Below, piece by piece: positions 1 through 8,467 of a stretch of 64,000 nucleotides of DNA. The DNA lies in NCBI GenBank assembly GCA_029882975.1, contig JAOUJW010000003.1, forward strand, positions 67,090 through 131,089, given 5' to 3'. The position numbers were made by a program, and so were the translations under genes. Every line of letters starts with the position of its first letter. Within the stretch, counting starts at the first letter, position 1. This DNA comes from Gammaproteobacteria bacterium. Its GTDB lineage: Bacteria; Pseudomonadota; Gammaproteobacteria; SZUA-152. A model generated the notes under the pieces. The model did no database searches. It was given only the letters and a program-made list of their open reading frames with translations, and was not told where the DNA came from.

Positions 1-1
1 T

Positions 2-730
2 CTAGGTAGTGCTTATATTGTCAATGATGAGCCCTTTAAAGCCATTGCTATATTAAAGGATGCTTTGAAGCAAGCGCCCGATAACAGTGGTCTGTTGAAC
101 GCCATGGGCGTGGCGTTTCATTTTTCGGAAAACAGTCTCAAGGCGCAGGATTATCTGCGTCGTGCCATGAGTCAAAGCAGCGGCTTTGCTGATCCCTTGT
201 ACAATTTGGGAATGATGGCTTATCTCGGAAACAATATGGAAGCGGCCAGGAGGTATTGGAAACAATATCTGGAACTGGACTCTAACAGTAATTGGGCGAA
301 AACCTTGCGCAGTCGCTACAAAGTGGATACGCAACTGGCCGTGTCTCGTGGCTTGATTTCAGTAAAAAACGAAATGCTGTCCGGCTTGCAGGTGGGGCAC
401 TATGCGGATGAAATTCCCCGTAGCTGGGGTAAAGGGGCGGTAAAATTGGTGTCTTTTAAGGATGCTCCCTTTACTACATCCGAATACGGCAATGGTATCA
501 CCACGTTGGCAGAAGGCGATGAGATTAGAGCGGTTCTCGCCGGTCTGGACTATGGCGGCGCCAGCAACCGCGGCATTAAAATTGGGGTTTCGCAAGAGCA
601 GGTGCTTAGCGCCTATGGTGTACCGTCATCTACATTAAATACGACTCTGGGGGCCAGTTGGGTTTACGCCAAAGAGCGCATAACTTTTCAAATCAGGGAC
701 AATTCTGTGGTTTCCTGGGTCATTTTTTGA
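2..730 (+). CDS. TPR repeat protein (5' partial, runs off window start) with C-terminal domain of unknown function
   Basis: Frame is open from position 2 in the same frame as the ATG at 65. TPR-like helices are visible (NAMGVAFHF..AQDYLRRAM..LYNLGMMAYLGNNMEAARRYWKQYLELD). Confidence 0.5.
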   Translation, partial: LGSAYIVNDEPFKAIAILKDALKQAPDNSGLLNAMGVAFHFSENSLKAQDYLRRAMSQSSGFADPLYNLGMMAYLGNNMEAARRYWKQYLELDSNSNWAKTLRSRYKVDTQLAVSRGLISVKNEMLSGLQVGHYADEIPRSWGKGAVKLVSFKDAPFTTSEYGNGITTLAEGDEIRAVLAGLDYGGASNRGIKIGVSQEQVLSAYGVPSSTLNTTLGASWVYAKERITFQIRDNSVVSWVIF

Positions 731-771
731 TTTCAATAGCGCAAGAGCATGGGTTAAAAGAGAGAGTACAT

Positions 772-3138
772 ATGGGTTGTAATTTTGAGGGTAAGCAGTT
801 TTTCCCAAAACGGTACATAGGTTTGGTTGTGGGTTTTTCCCTGTTGTTGGCGCAGAATGTTTTCGCCCTTGCAGAGAATGCGAAACCGGAAATCTCATCA
901 GGAATTGCGGATACTGATAATAAAACCAGAGCCGTGGAGTTGTTTAGTCTTGGGGAGTTCGGTGAGTCTATTGCCTATTGGAAAGCCGCACTTGCACAGG
1001 ATCAGGCCAGCGGTGATACAGAGGGGCAGGTTATTTCCTTGTACAACCTGTCCATTGCTCAACGGTCTGTAGGCGCTGTGACTAAGGCAATACGTAGTTT
1101 ACAAGAAGCTTGGCGCCGTGGGGTGAAAATCCACAACCCGGAACTCAAGGCGAGAATCAAAAGTAGTTTGGGTAGTTTGTTTTTGTATTCCGGGAAACAG
1201 GAAAAAGCGCTGGAATTGCTGCGTCAGGCGCGTCGGGATGCGGTGGCGATTAAGGATTGGGAACTGGAGTCCATGGTTTTAAATGATCTTGGGAATCTTT
1301 ATGCTGCACGGTCGCAGTATGACCTGGCATTGGGTACCTTTGAATTTGCCGCTTTGCTGGGTGAGCAAAACAAGAGTCCCTTGTTAACGGCCAAAGCCAA
1401 TACCAACATCACCTCGGTGTTGGTACAGCAAGGACGTGCGAAGGCGGCCAGTCGCAGTGCCGTTTCCGTATTACGTGGCTTACGGTCTCAATCGGTTTCC
1501 TATGAGTCCGTAATGATCTTGGCGAGTTTAGCCCAAGCTGTACAAGGTGTTATGCAATTGCCACTAAAACCTCAGGATCGGCTGGACCGCAAACAAATGG
1601 TTCATGAGGTGGTCAGGGCGATTAATCAGACCACAGATTTTCTCGATCGCTTGGCCAGCGGTCGTTTAGCATCGCGCGTCTATGGTGCTATGGCGGCTAT
1701 TTATGAGGCAGCTGAACAATGGGGTGATGCGGCTGCGTTAAATAGCAAGGCGATTTTTGAGGCACAAAAAGGCGAGTCCACCGATTTGTTATACCAGTGG
1801 CAGTGGCAAGCGGGGCGAATTTATAACAAACTGGGGCAGCAAGACGACTCGATTAGGGCTTACCGACTGGCTGTAAATGCCTTGCAGCCCATTCGTCAGG
1901 AACTGAGTAAGCGGCAATTGGGTAAAGATTCCCGGTTTTCAGAGACGCAAGGCAATGTCTATTTGGAGTTGACTGACAACTTGCTGAGAAAAACGGATAA
2001 TTTAAGCAATCCTCGTCAGCGAACCCAATTGCTATTGGAAGCCAGAAATACCATGGAGCTGCAAAAAGAGGCTGAATTACAGGATTATTTTAAAGACAGT
2101 TGTGTTGTTAATGCCAAGAACAACATTAAACACATTGATGAAACACTGGCGGATAATACGGCTGTTTTGTATCCCATATTACTTCCCGATCGTACGGAAT
2201 TACTGGTGAGCTTTGGCTCGGGGATGGAGCGATATACGGTTAAGAAAACCGAGGCAGAGGTTACTGAGGAGGTTAGAGCCCTACGGGTTCGCTTGGAAAG
2301 TCTGCGCACACGAGCCTATTTGCCTCATGCTCGAAAATTGTATCAATGGTTGATTCAGCCCATGGAAGCGGATTTTCAAAAACGCGGTATTAACACCTTG
2401 GTTATGGTGGCAGATAAATCCTTGCGTACCATCCCCATGTCCGTGTTGCATGATGGAGAGCAGTTTTTAATTAACAAATACGCTTTGGCGACTTCACCGG
2501 GGTTGAAACTCACTGACCCCAGGCCATTGCAGCGAGATAATTTGCAAATTCTACTAAGCGGATTAAGTGAGTCAGTACAAGGATTTCCGGCCTTACAATA
2601 TGTACGCGGGGAACTGGAGGAAATACAGGATTTGTATGTGGGTAAGTTGCTGCTAAACCGAGAATTTGTCAGCGCCAGTGTGGCGAAAGCTTTGCGGGAT
2701 ACCAATTACTCCGTTACCCATATTGCATCGCATAGTGTTTTTTCAGGTGACGTGGAACAATCCTATATCCTGACGTATGATGATCGAATCACTGTGGACC
2801 AATTGGGGCAATTTGCCGCTTTAAGTCGCAGTCGTTCCAAACCTATTGAGCTGTTGACCTTAAGTGCCTGCCAGACGGCAGCGGGAGATGATCGAGCGGC
2901 TCTGGGTTTGGCCGGCGTAGCTATTAAATCCGGGGCTCGCAGCGCCTTGGCCAGTTTGTGGGCAATAAATGATCAGGCTTCAGCTGTGCTGATTACGGAA
3001 TTTTATCGGCAGTTACGCGATCCGGTTGTTACCAAAGCGCAAGCCTTACAGCGTGCTCAGAGCAAGTTGATGCAGAACGTTCGGTATCGGCATCCGGGTT
3101 ACTGGTCTCCCTTCTTGTTAATTGGAAACTGGTTATAA
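772..3138 (+). CDS. Secreted TPR-repeat CHAT-domain protein (caspase-like clan CD peptidase fold)
   Basis: The ATG at 772 follows AGAGAG and avoids overlap with the upstream ORF. A signal-peptide-like N-terminus is present (GLVVGFSLLLAQNVFA). Multiple TPR-like repeats follow. The C-terminus has CHAT hallmarks (HIASHSVFSG..LLTLSACQTAAGD..ARSALASLWAINDQASA) with the His/Cys dyad in place. Confidence 0.75.
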   Translation: MGCNFEGKQFFPKRYIGLVVGFSLLLAQNVFALAENAKPEISSGIADTDNKTRAVELFSLGEFGESIAYWKAALAQDQASGDTEGQVISLYNLSIAQRSVGAVTKAIRSLQEAWRRGVKIHNPELKARIKSSLGSLFLYSGKQEKALELLRQARRDAVAIKDWELESMVLNDLGNLYAARSQYDLALGTFEFAALLGEQNKSPLLTAKANTNITSVLVQQGRAKAASRSAVSVLRGLRSQSVSYESVMILASLAQAVQGVMQLPLKPQDRLDRKQMVHEVVRAINQTTDFLDRLASGRLASRVYGAMAAIYEAAEQWGDAAALNSKAIFEAQKGESTDLLYQWQWQAGRIYNKLGQQDDSIRAYRLAVNALQPIRQELSKRQLGKDSRFSETQGNVYLELTDNLLRKTDNLSNPRQRTQLLLEARNTMELQKEAELQDYFKDSCVVNAKNNIKHIDETLADNTAVLYPILLPDRTELLVSFGSGMERYTVKKTEAEVTEEVRALRVRLESLRTRAYLPHARKLYQWLIQPMEADFQKRGINTLVMVADKSLRTIPMSVLHDGEQFLINKYALATSPGLKLTDPRPLQRDNLQILLSGLSESVQGFPALQYVRGELEEIQDLYVGKLLLNREFVSASVAKALRDTNYSVTHIASHSVFSGDVEQSYILTYDDRITVDQLGQFAALSRSRSKPIELLTLSACQTAAGDDRAALGLAGVAIKSGARSALASLWAINDQASAVLITEFYRQLRDPVVTKAQALQRAQSKLMQNVRYRHPGYWSPFLLIGNWL

Positions 3139-3438
3139 AACCAACAAACATCGGTGGCAGCAATCGCCGCAGCGGCCTCTGTCACACTAAAAATGTGTAC
3201 AAATCTCAACTGCTTGTTTATAGTTTTACTGTCACTCAGGTCGGCGTGCAATTCTAATAACTAAAGGTGCGCACATTTGTCGACTCCGCACGGGATGGAT
3301 AAAGCGGAGTACTTTTACGTAACGACTACCATCAAACCTGAAACTCACGTCATTGTTTTAAATGCTTTCATCCCCGCATTCGTGAAAGCATACAGATTGA
3401 CAGACTGGACAGTCTGAGAATAACTATGAGGGGGCAGG

Positions 3439-4029
3439 ATGCTTGCTGGTTTGAATAAATATTGGGCACTTGGTGCAGCGGTCATGTTACCGCTTGCGAT
3501 TCTCGGCGCGTGCAAACACCAAAACGGTGAATCCGTGAGTTTACAGCGTTTGTCAGATACCATCTATCAGATTGTCAAAGCGAACCGTCATGTCTACGCG
3601 CGTCACATCGTGCAGCGGTTGCATATGAATGACCAAACGGTGAAATTTGCCGAGCAATGGCAGGAGCTCAAAGCATTACCGGTGCCATCACAAATGTTGC
3701 GTATGGGTGCTGCGGAGGTGAATACCAGTAGCGGTGGTGATGTCCAATACAGCTTAAAGTCCCTGTGGGCCATCAATCGATCTCACTTTCCTGCTGAGAA
3801 TCAAGAGCGAGAAGGCTTGATTCATATTTTGAAAAATCCGGGTAAAAATTTCTACAGTGAAATAGAAGAGAGTGGGCAACGGTATTTTTTGGCAATATAT
3901 CCGGATATTGCTGTAGAACAGTCTTGTGTGGAATGCCACAATTCGCACCCAAACAGCCCTAAAAAAGATTTTCAGAAAGGGGACTTGATGGGTGGATTGA
4001 TTGTTCGGGTTCGGTTGCCTCAGAAGTAA
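3439..4029 (+). CDS. DUF3365 (Tll0287-like) lipoprotein with c-type haem motif
   Basis: Lipobox LAILGAC. The C-terminal signature SCVECHNSHPNSPKKDFQKGDLMGGLIV contains a CXXCH. Confidence 0.6.
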   Translation: MLAGLNKYWALGAAVMLPLAILGACKHQNGESVSLQRLSDTIYQIVKANRHVYARHIVQRLHMNDQTVKFAEQWQELKALPVPSQMLRMGAAEVNTSSGGDVQYSLKSLWAINRSHFPAENQEREGLIHILKNPGKNFYSEIEESGQRYFLAIYPDIAVEQSCVECHNSHPNSPKKDFQKGDLMGGLIVRVRLPQK

Positions 4030-4048
4030 TGAATCTGGGGGGCGGTTG

Positions 4049-4085
4049 AAAAAACAGCCTGTCCCAGCGAGCGCGGGTCAGGCTG
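4049..4085 (-). terminator. Candidate rho-independent terminator for the minus-strand cytochrome operon
   Basis: Inverted repeat cagcctg..caggctg (7-bp stem, long loop). On the minus strand it is followed by TTTTTT (AAAAAA on the plus strand at 4049-4054). It lies downstream of the gene ending at 4230. Confidence 0.35.
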
Positions 4086-4229
4086 TAACCTCCAGAGAGT
4101 AAGAGTAGATCCCGGTCAAGCCGGAACATTCCGTTCTTGGGTGTGTGGCAGCACCTAGAACAGGGTGCTAGTTTAGTGCCGGTGGGGTTACACAGAACTT
4201 ACATTTTCCACCAAAATTGACACCAAACG

Positions 4230-4883
4230 TTAAAGACTGGCGAAATATGCTCTCAATTCATCCACTTTATTTTGAGGTATGTTATTGAATGCGCCCATCA
4301 ATTCATAAGGGCCGCCATAAAGGGACAGGTTCCGGCTTAAGGGCATGCTTTTTAGAGCCAAATCACTTGCGTTGAAAGCACGACTGGTGTCATCGACGCC
4401 GGCGGCGTGACAAATAGCGCATTTAGCAGCATAGAATGCGCGTCCATTGGGTATGACCTCAGTACTGACGGTTATCACCACCGTACCTTCTGCTTTGGTT
4501 CCATCGGGGTCCAAGGCAATATAATTAAAACGATCTTCTCCGGTAAAGCCGGTGACGGGGGTATAGGTAAATCGGCCCCCACCCTCGTGGATCACGCTAC
4601 CACCTTGGGTACTGTTACTGTCGAAACTATCAATGCCCAGGACGTGACCGCTGCTGCTGGAATCATTATCCAATACGCTGACCACGCCACTGGAATCCGG
4701 AGGCAGGCTCAGGGTGTCATTCCCGATAGTGAGTTCAGCCGGCGGTGGTACGGGTGGTGGAGCCGATTGTGTGCCGCTGTCATAGCAGGTTACCACGGTG
4801 AGCGCCAGCAGGATGACGGGCATGACTTGGTAGAGATAAAACCGGCGGCGATGTTGGAAGTGCATTGTGATTTTGGTTCTCAT
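4230..4883 (-). CDS. Lipoprotein with a cadherin-like/Big domain fused to a class I cytochrome c domain
   Basis: N-terminal hydrophobic/lipobox region (VILLALTVVTC). An adhesin-type Ig repeat is present (VLDNDS..GRFTYTPVTGFTGEDRFNYIALDPDG..TVVITV). The C-terminus has CAICH (CXXCH). It sits 10 nt downstream of the hexahaem gene on the same strand. The true start may be at 4865. Confidence 0.65.
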   Translation of the reverse strand: MRTKITMHFQHRRRFYLYQVMPVILLALTVVTCYDSGTQSAPPPVPPPAELTIGNDTLSLPPDSSGVVSVLDNDSSSSGHVLGIDSFDSNSTQGGSVIHEGGGRFTYTPVTGFTGEDRFNYIALDPDGTKAEGTVVITVSTEVIPNGRAFYAAKCAICHAAGVDDTSRAFNASDLALKSMPLSRNLSLYGGPYELMGAFNNIPQNKVDELRAYFASL

Positions 4884-4893
4884 ACAACATCAC

Positions 4894-6759
4894 CTACTGC
4901 GTGGTTAGGAAGTTGCTGATAAGGCCGGTGTCGCTGCCGGACCCGCTGGTACTCAAATAGGGTTGTAATTGTTGCATGTCATTTTTATTCACAATGGCCC
5001 GGTTGATTTCGCTTTGTGTGGCGCCGACAATATTGTCCACGGGACCGCCCTGGCCATTGACGCCGTGACAGGTTTCACAATACACATGATAGAGCCCTGC
5101 GCCGTCGACAGGTTTGGTACCCCCGCCACCGGAGGCGAGAAACTCGACAATCAATTGTTGTTGGGTGTTGTCCAACTGCAGGGATCGCATCAGAGCAATT
5201 CGGTTAATGGCATTTTCGACAAACCTCAAGGACGTACCTGTGACCACTTTATAAGTGCCACCACGACCGTCGGTACCGTGACACACCGAACAAAATACGC
5301 CATACAATCCCGCGCCATCCACGGGTAACGGCCCGCTGCCGCCGCTGCTCAGGAAGTTGCCAATGGCGTTCAGTTGGGTTGCATTGAGCTGTAACGGGTT
5401 CATCCAGCTTTCCGCTGCAATGGCGGCGCTGATCATGGTAGACGGCGCTCCGGTTACGGCCTTAAATTTACCGCCATGACCACCGTTGCCGTGACACACA
5501 GCACAGAAAATCCGGTACAGACCGGCGCCGTCAGTCGGCAGGCTGCCACTGCCTCCGGCGGTGAGAAAATTTGCCACCAGTTGAGTTTCCTCCAGCGACA
5601 GGCTGATGTTCTGCATGGCCGGTATATCGGCAATGGCAGCTGCTATCATGGGGAAGGAAGCACCGCTAACGCCTGACTCAATACCGCCGCGGCCATCAAT
5701 GCCATGGCAGGCGGAACAGAACATGCCATATAGGCCCGGACCGTCGTTAGGCCTGGGGGGAGGCGCAGTGCTGCCCACCAGCAGAAAATCTGCGATGAGC
5801 TGAACTTCATTGTTGGTGACAGAGATAGCGCTCATCGCGGCAATATTGTTCAATGCTGTTGTGATTTGTGTTGTTGTGGCACCCACTACTGCGACTGCAG
5901 AACCTCCGAATCCGCCGGTGCCATGACAGGCAAAACAATATTGGTTATAAAGCGCTTCACCTTCGGGTGAGCCGGCATTGGCGTTGATGATTACGGTGGT
6001 CGCGGCGGCAGCGGTGAGCTTATCGTTATCGGTTACTGCCATGGTAATGGTATAGCTGCCTTCGTTCATGTAACTGTGATTAACAACCGCTCCTTGTTCA
6101 AAAGCACTGCCGTCACCGAAGTCCCATAAATATCGTGATATGGTTCCGTCGCCATCCACGGATGCGCTCGCATCCAGTGATATGGAATCTCCGGGTTGAG
6201 CCGCGTACGGAGCGCTGATATGCGCTTCGGGAACGATAGGCCCCGGAGCCGGTACAATTTCAATATCCAAACTGCTAAGGGCAACGCTATCTCCTTCCAT
6301 GGTGGCGTCGTTGTCAGCGGATACAACAGCTGCATATAGAGTCACAACCCCGGTAGTGACCGGCGCTGTAAAGGTAAACGTCCATTCTACGCCGGCGTTA
6401 CCGACGCTATAGGGGGAACTGTGTTTCAGTTCCCGTTGCTCCAGTACCATATTGCTGCTGCCAGGCGTTAAGGTGCCTGCTGTGGCGCTGATATTGAAAC
6501 CCCCCAGGTTTTGTTGGCCTCCGCTCATAATCAAGGTGAAACCGGCACTGCTGCCGGCCTCCATGTTGATGGCGCCGTTTAGACTGATGGAAGGGGGGAT
6601 ACCTCCCGTGTGGCAAGCACTGCAACTGGATCCGGCGTTGGTATTGGGATTGCCCGATTGGCCGGTAATTCCGCTGCTCAAAGCGGTGGCCTGTTGGGGT
6701 ATGCTCAGTGAGAGTAGCAAGAGAAAATAAAAACTATTTGGTAATGAACGTTGTACCAT
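4894..6759 (-). CDS. Secreted multi-domain cytochrome c (six CXXCH motifs in tandem class I cytochrome c-like domains) with a PKD domain
   Basis: Signal peptide present (FYFLLLLSLSIPQQATA). Six CXXCH motifs: CSACHTGG, CFACHGTGG, CSACHGIDGRGG, CAVCHGNGGHGG, CSVCHGTDGRGG, CETCHGVNGQGG. Each motif is preceded by a repeated ..DGAGLY..FC.. segment. A PKD signature is present (YLWDFGDGS..GSYTITMAVTDND). Confidence 0.75.
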   Translation of the reverse strand: MVQRSLPNSFYFLLLLSLSIPQQATALSSGITGQSGNPNTNAGSSCSACHTGGIPPSISLNGAINMEAGSSAGFTLIMSGGQQNLGGFNISATAGTLTPGSSNMVLEQRELKHSSPYSVGNAGVEWTFTFTAPVTTGVVTLYAAVVSADNDATMEGDSVALSSLDIEIVPAPGPIVPEAHISAPYAAQPGDSISLDASASVDGDGTISRYLWDFGDGSAFEQGAVVNHSYMNEGSYTITMAVTDNDKLTAAAATTVIINANAGSPEGEALYNQYCFACHGTGGFGGSAVAVVGATTTQITTALNNIAAMSAISVTNNEVQLIADFLLVGSTAPPPRPNDGPGLYGMFCSACHGIDGRGGIESGVSGASFPMIAAAIADIPAMQNISLSLEETQLVANFLTAGGSGSLPTDGAGLYRIFCAVCHGNGGHGGKFKAVTGAPSTMISAAIAAESWMNPLQLNATQLNAIGNFLSSGGSGPLPVDGAGLYGVFCSVCHGTDGRGGTYKVVTGTSLRFVENAINRIALMRSLQLDNTQQQLIVEFLASGGGGTKPVDGAGLYHVYCETCHGVNGQGGPVDNIVGATQSEINRAIVNKNDMQQLQPYLSTSGSGSDTGLISNFLTTQ

Positions 6760-7335
6760 AATTTTCTACCAACAATAGTACCCGTACCTCGGTGCGCTCA
6801 TGTATCTCCTGAAATTGATTTTCCTGCTGTCATGGTGGTGCAATGGGCCACTGATGTCTGTATTACGTTGGGCAATCAGAGAGGGTTCCCTTTATTTATA
6901 GTCCCAAACCCTATGCTTGCGCAATCAAAATAATAGTGATTTAAGTATAAAATCAGCTTATGTTGACTGACGCTTAAACCCATACACAATTGGATTTTGT
7001 CATACAAACAAGCGTTTATTGGTTTGGCGGGGTGGCCAGGCAGTTGCCCATTGTCCGTGGTTTTCCTACGTGTTACGGCGCAAGTTCGGTAATTACAGAG
7101 GAAAATAGCGCGCGTGTCTTACGTATAAAAAAGAAGTGCAGAGTATTGATTGTTGTGATGTAAGCGTAGTGTGGTATAGGCGGCGAATGGTTTTTGATGT
7201 ATATCATAGTGGCTCTAGAGTATTGCGACTATGCTGGGGTTACATAAACGGTAGTAACAGAATGTGTATCAAGTCCAGTTCCGCTAATAATGGTCTAGAC
7301 TTCTTTGAAGGCCACCCTGTCGAGCGGAGAAGAAA

Positions 7336-8433
7336 ATGGTGAAACGCAGACAATTGGTGATGATCTGTGGGGGACTTGTGTTGTTCTTCCAAGGACCGTT
7401 TTTCGCGTTCGTACAAATCTCTTTATTGCAAAACCCTTTGTTCCTAAGCCAGTTGTTCCAAAACCGGTTGTTTCAAAACGCATACTCGCAACGCGCCTTT
7501 CTGGTAAGCAATGGTGTCGTCTGGGCAGAGGAGCGAAAAGTCTTTACCGAAGACGATATTCAAGAGTCTGATATAAAGCCGGCCGGAAGTATTCCTTATT
7601 CCCAAAAAGGTGCGGATACCTGCCTAAAGTGCCATGATGAAGATTACGCTTTTCCCGTCTTGGATATTTTCTACGGCGTCCACGGTAACCGTGTTAATAA
7701 GCGCTCACCCATGGCGGGTTTGCAATGTGAGTCTTGTCATGGTCCGGGTGGTTTGCATGAGTTAGAACCTTTTGTAGGTAAACCCAGGGCTCCGATTATT
7801 AAATTTGGGCGCGACAGCCAAACTGCTGTCAGTAAACAAAATTCAATGTGTTTACAGTGTCATGCGGACCAACACAGAGCACAGTGGCGGGGTAGTGCAC
7901 ACCAGAGCCAAGCGATGCGGTGTGTGGATTGTCACACTTTACATGTGCCCAAAGACCCAATTATGCAACGCGATACGCAGGTGGATAAATGTTTCCAATG
8001 CCACCCAAAACAACGAGCTGAATTCCAGCGTTCTTCGGTCCACCCGGTTCGATTTGGGAAAATGCAATGTACCCAATGCCACAATCCCCACGGTGCGGTA
8101 GCGCCATTCTTGTTGCGTAACAACAGCAGTCGCTTATGTTATACCTGTCACGCGGATAAGCGTGGTCCGTTCCTTTGGGCTCATGCGCCGGTCTCGGAGG
8201 ACTGCGGTATTTGTCACAGGCCACACGGTTCGGTTTACGATGCTTTGCTAAAAAAGCGAGCCCCGCTGTTGTGTCAGCAATGTCATGCCAACGGGCATTC
8301 CAGTGTCAAATATGGCAGTGATGGTTTAGCTCAGCAAACCCCTAATGCCTTTTTGTTGGCTAAATCCTGTTTGAATTGTCATTTTCAGATTCATGGTTCT
8401 AATCATCCTTCCGGGGTGAAGTTAATGCGTTAG
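7336..8433 (+). CDS. Decahaem c-type cytochrome, DmsE/MtrA/MtoA/PioA family
   Basis: Ten CXXCH motifs in about 290 aa: CLKCH, CESCH, CLQCH, CVDCH, CFQCH, CTQCH, CYTCH, CGICH, CQQCH, CLNCH. Signal-peptide-like N-terminus. Followed 34 nt later by an MtrB-like barrel gene. Confidence 0.8.
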   Translation: MVKRRQLVMICGGLVLFFQGPFFAFVQISLLQNPLFLSQLFQNRLFQNAYSQRAFLVSNGVVWAEERKVFTEDDIQESDIKPAGSIPYSQKGADTCLKCHDEDYAFPVLDIFYGVHGNRVNKRSPMAGLQCESCHGPGGLHELEPFVGKPRAPIIKFGRDSQTAVSKQNSMCLQCHADQHRAQWRGSAHQSQAMRCVDCHTLHVPKDPIMQRDTQVDKCFQCHPKQRAEFQRSSVHPVRFGKMQCTQCHNPHGAVAPFLLRNNSSRLCYTCHADKRGPFLWAHAPVSEDCGICHRPHGSVYDALLKKRAPLLCQQCHANGHSSVKYGSDGLAQQTPNAFLLAKSCLNCHFQIHGSNHPSGVKLMR

Positions 8434-8467
8434 GGGTTTAAACGCTGCGTTACTACGGAGACCGACA

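Noticed and set aside
658-771. Upstream in-frame ATG at 658 giving an 826-aa version of the CHAT protein.
   Set aside because: It would overlap the preceding TPR ORF by about 70 nt in another frame. The ATG at 772 has a purine-rich RBS and is followed directly by a signal-peptide-like segment.
7305-7571. 88-aa plus-strand ORF overlapping the start of the decahaem gene.
   Set aside because: Same strand but a different frame over the decahaem N-terminus, with a low-complexity translation. The decahaem frame carries the signal peptide and the haem motifs.
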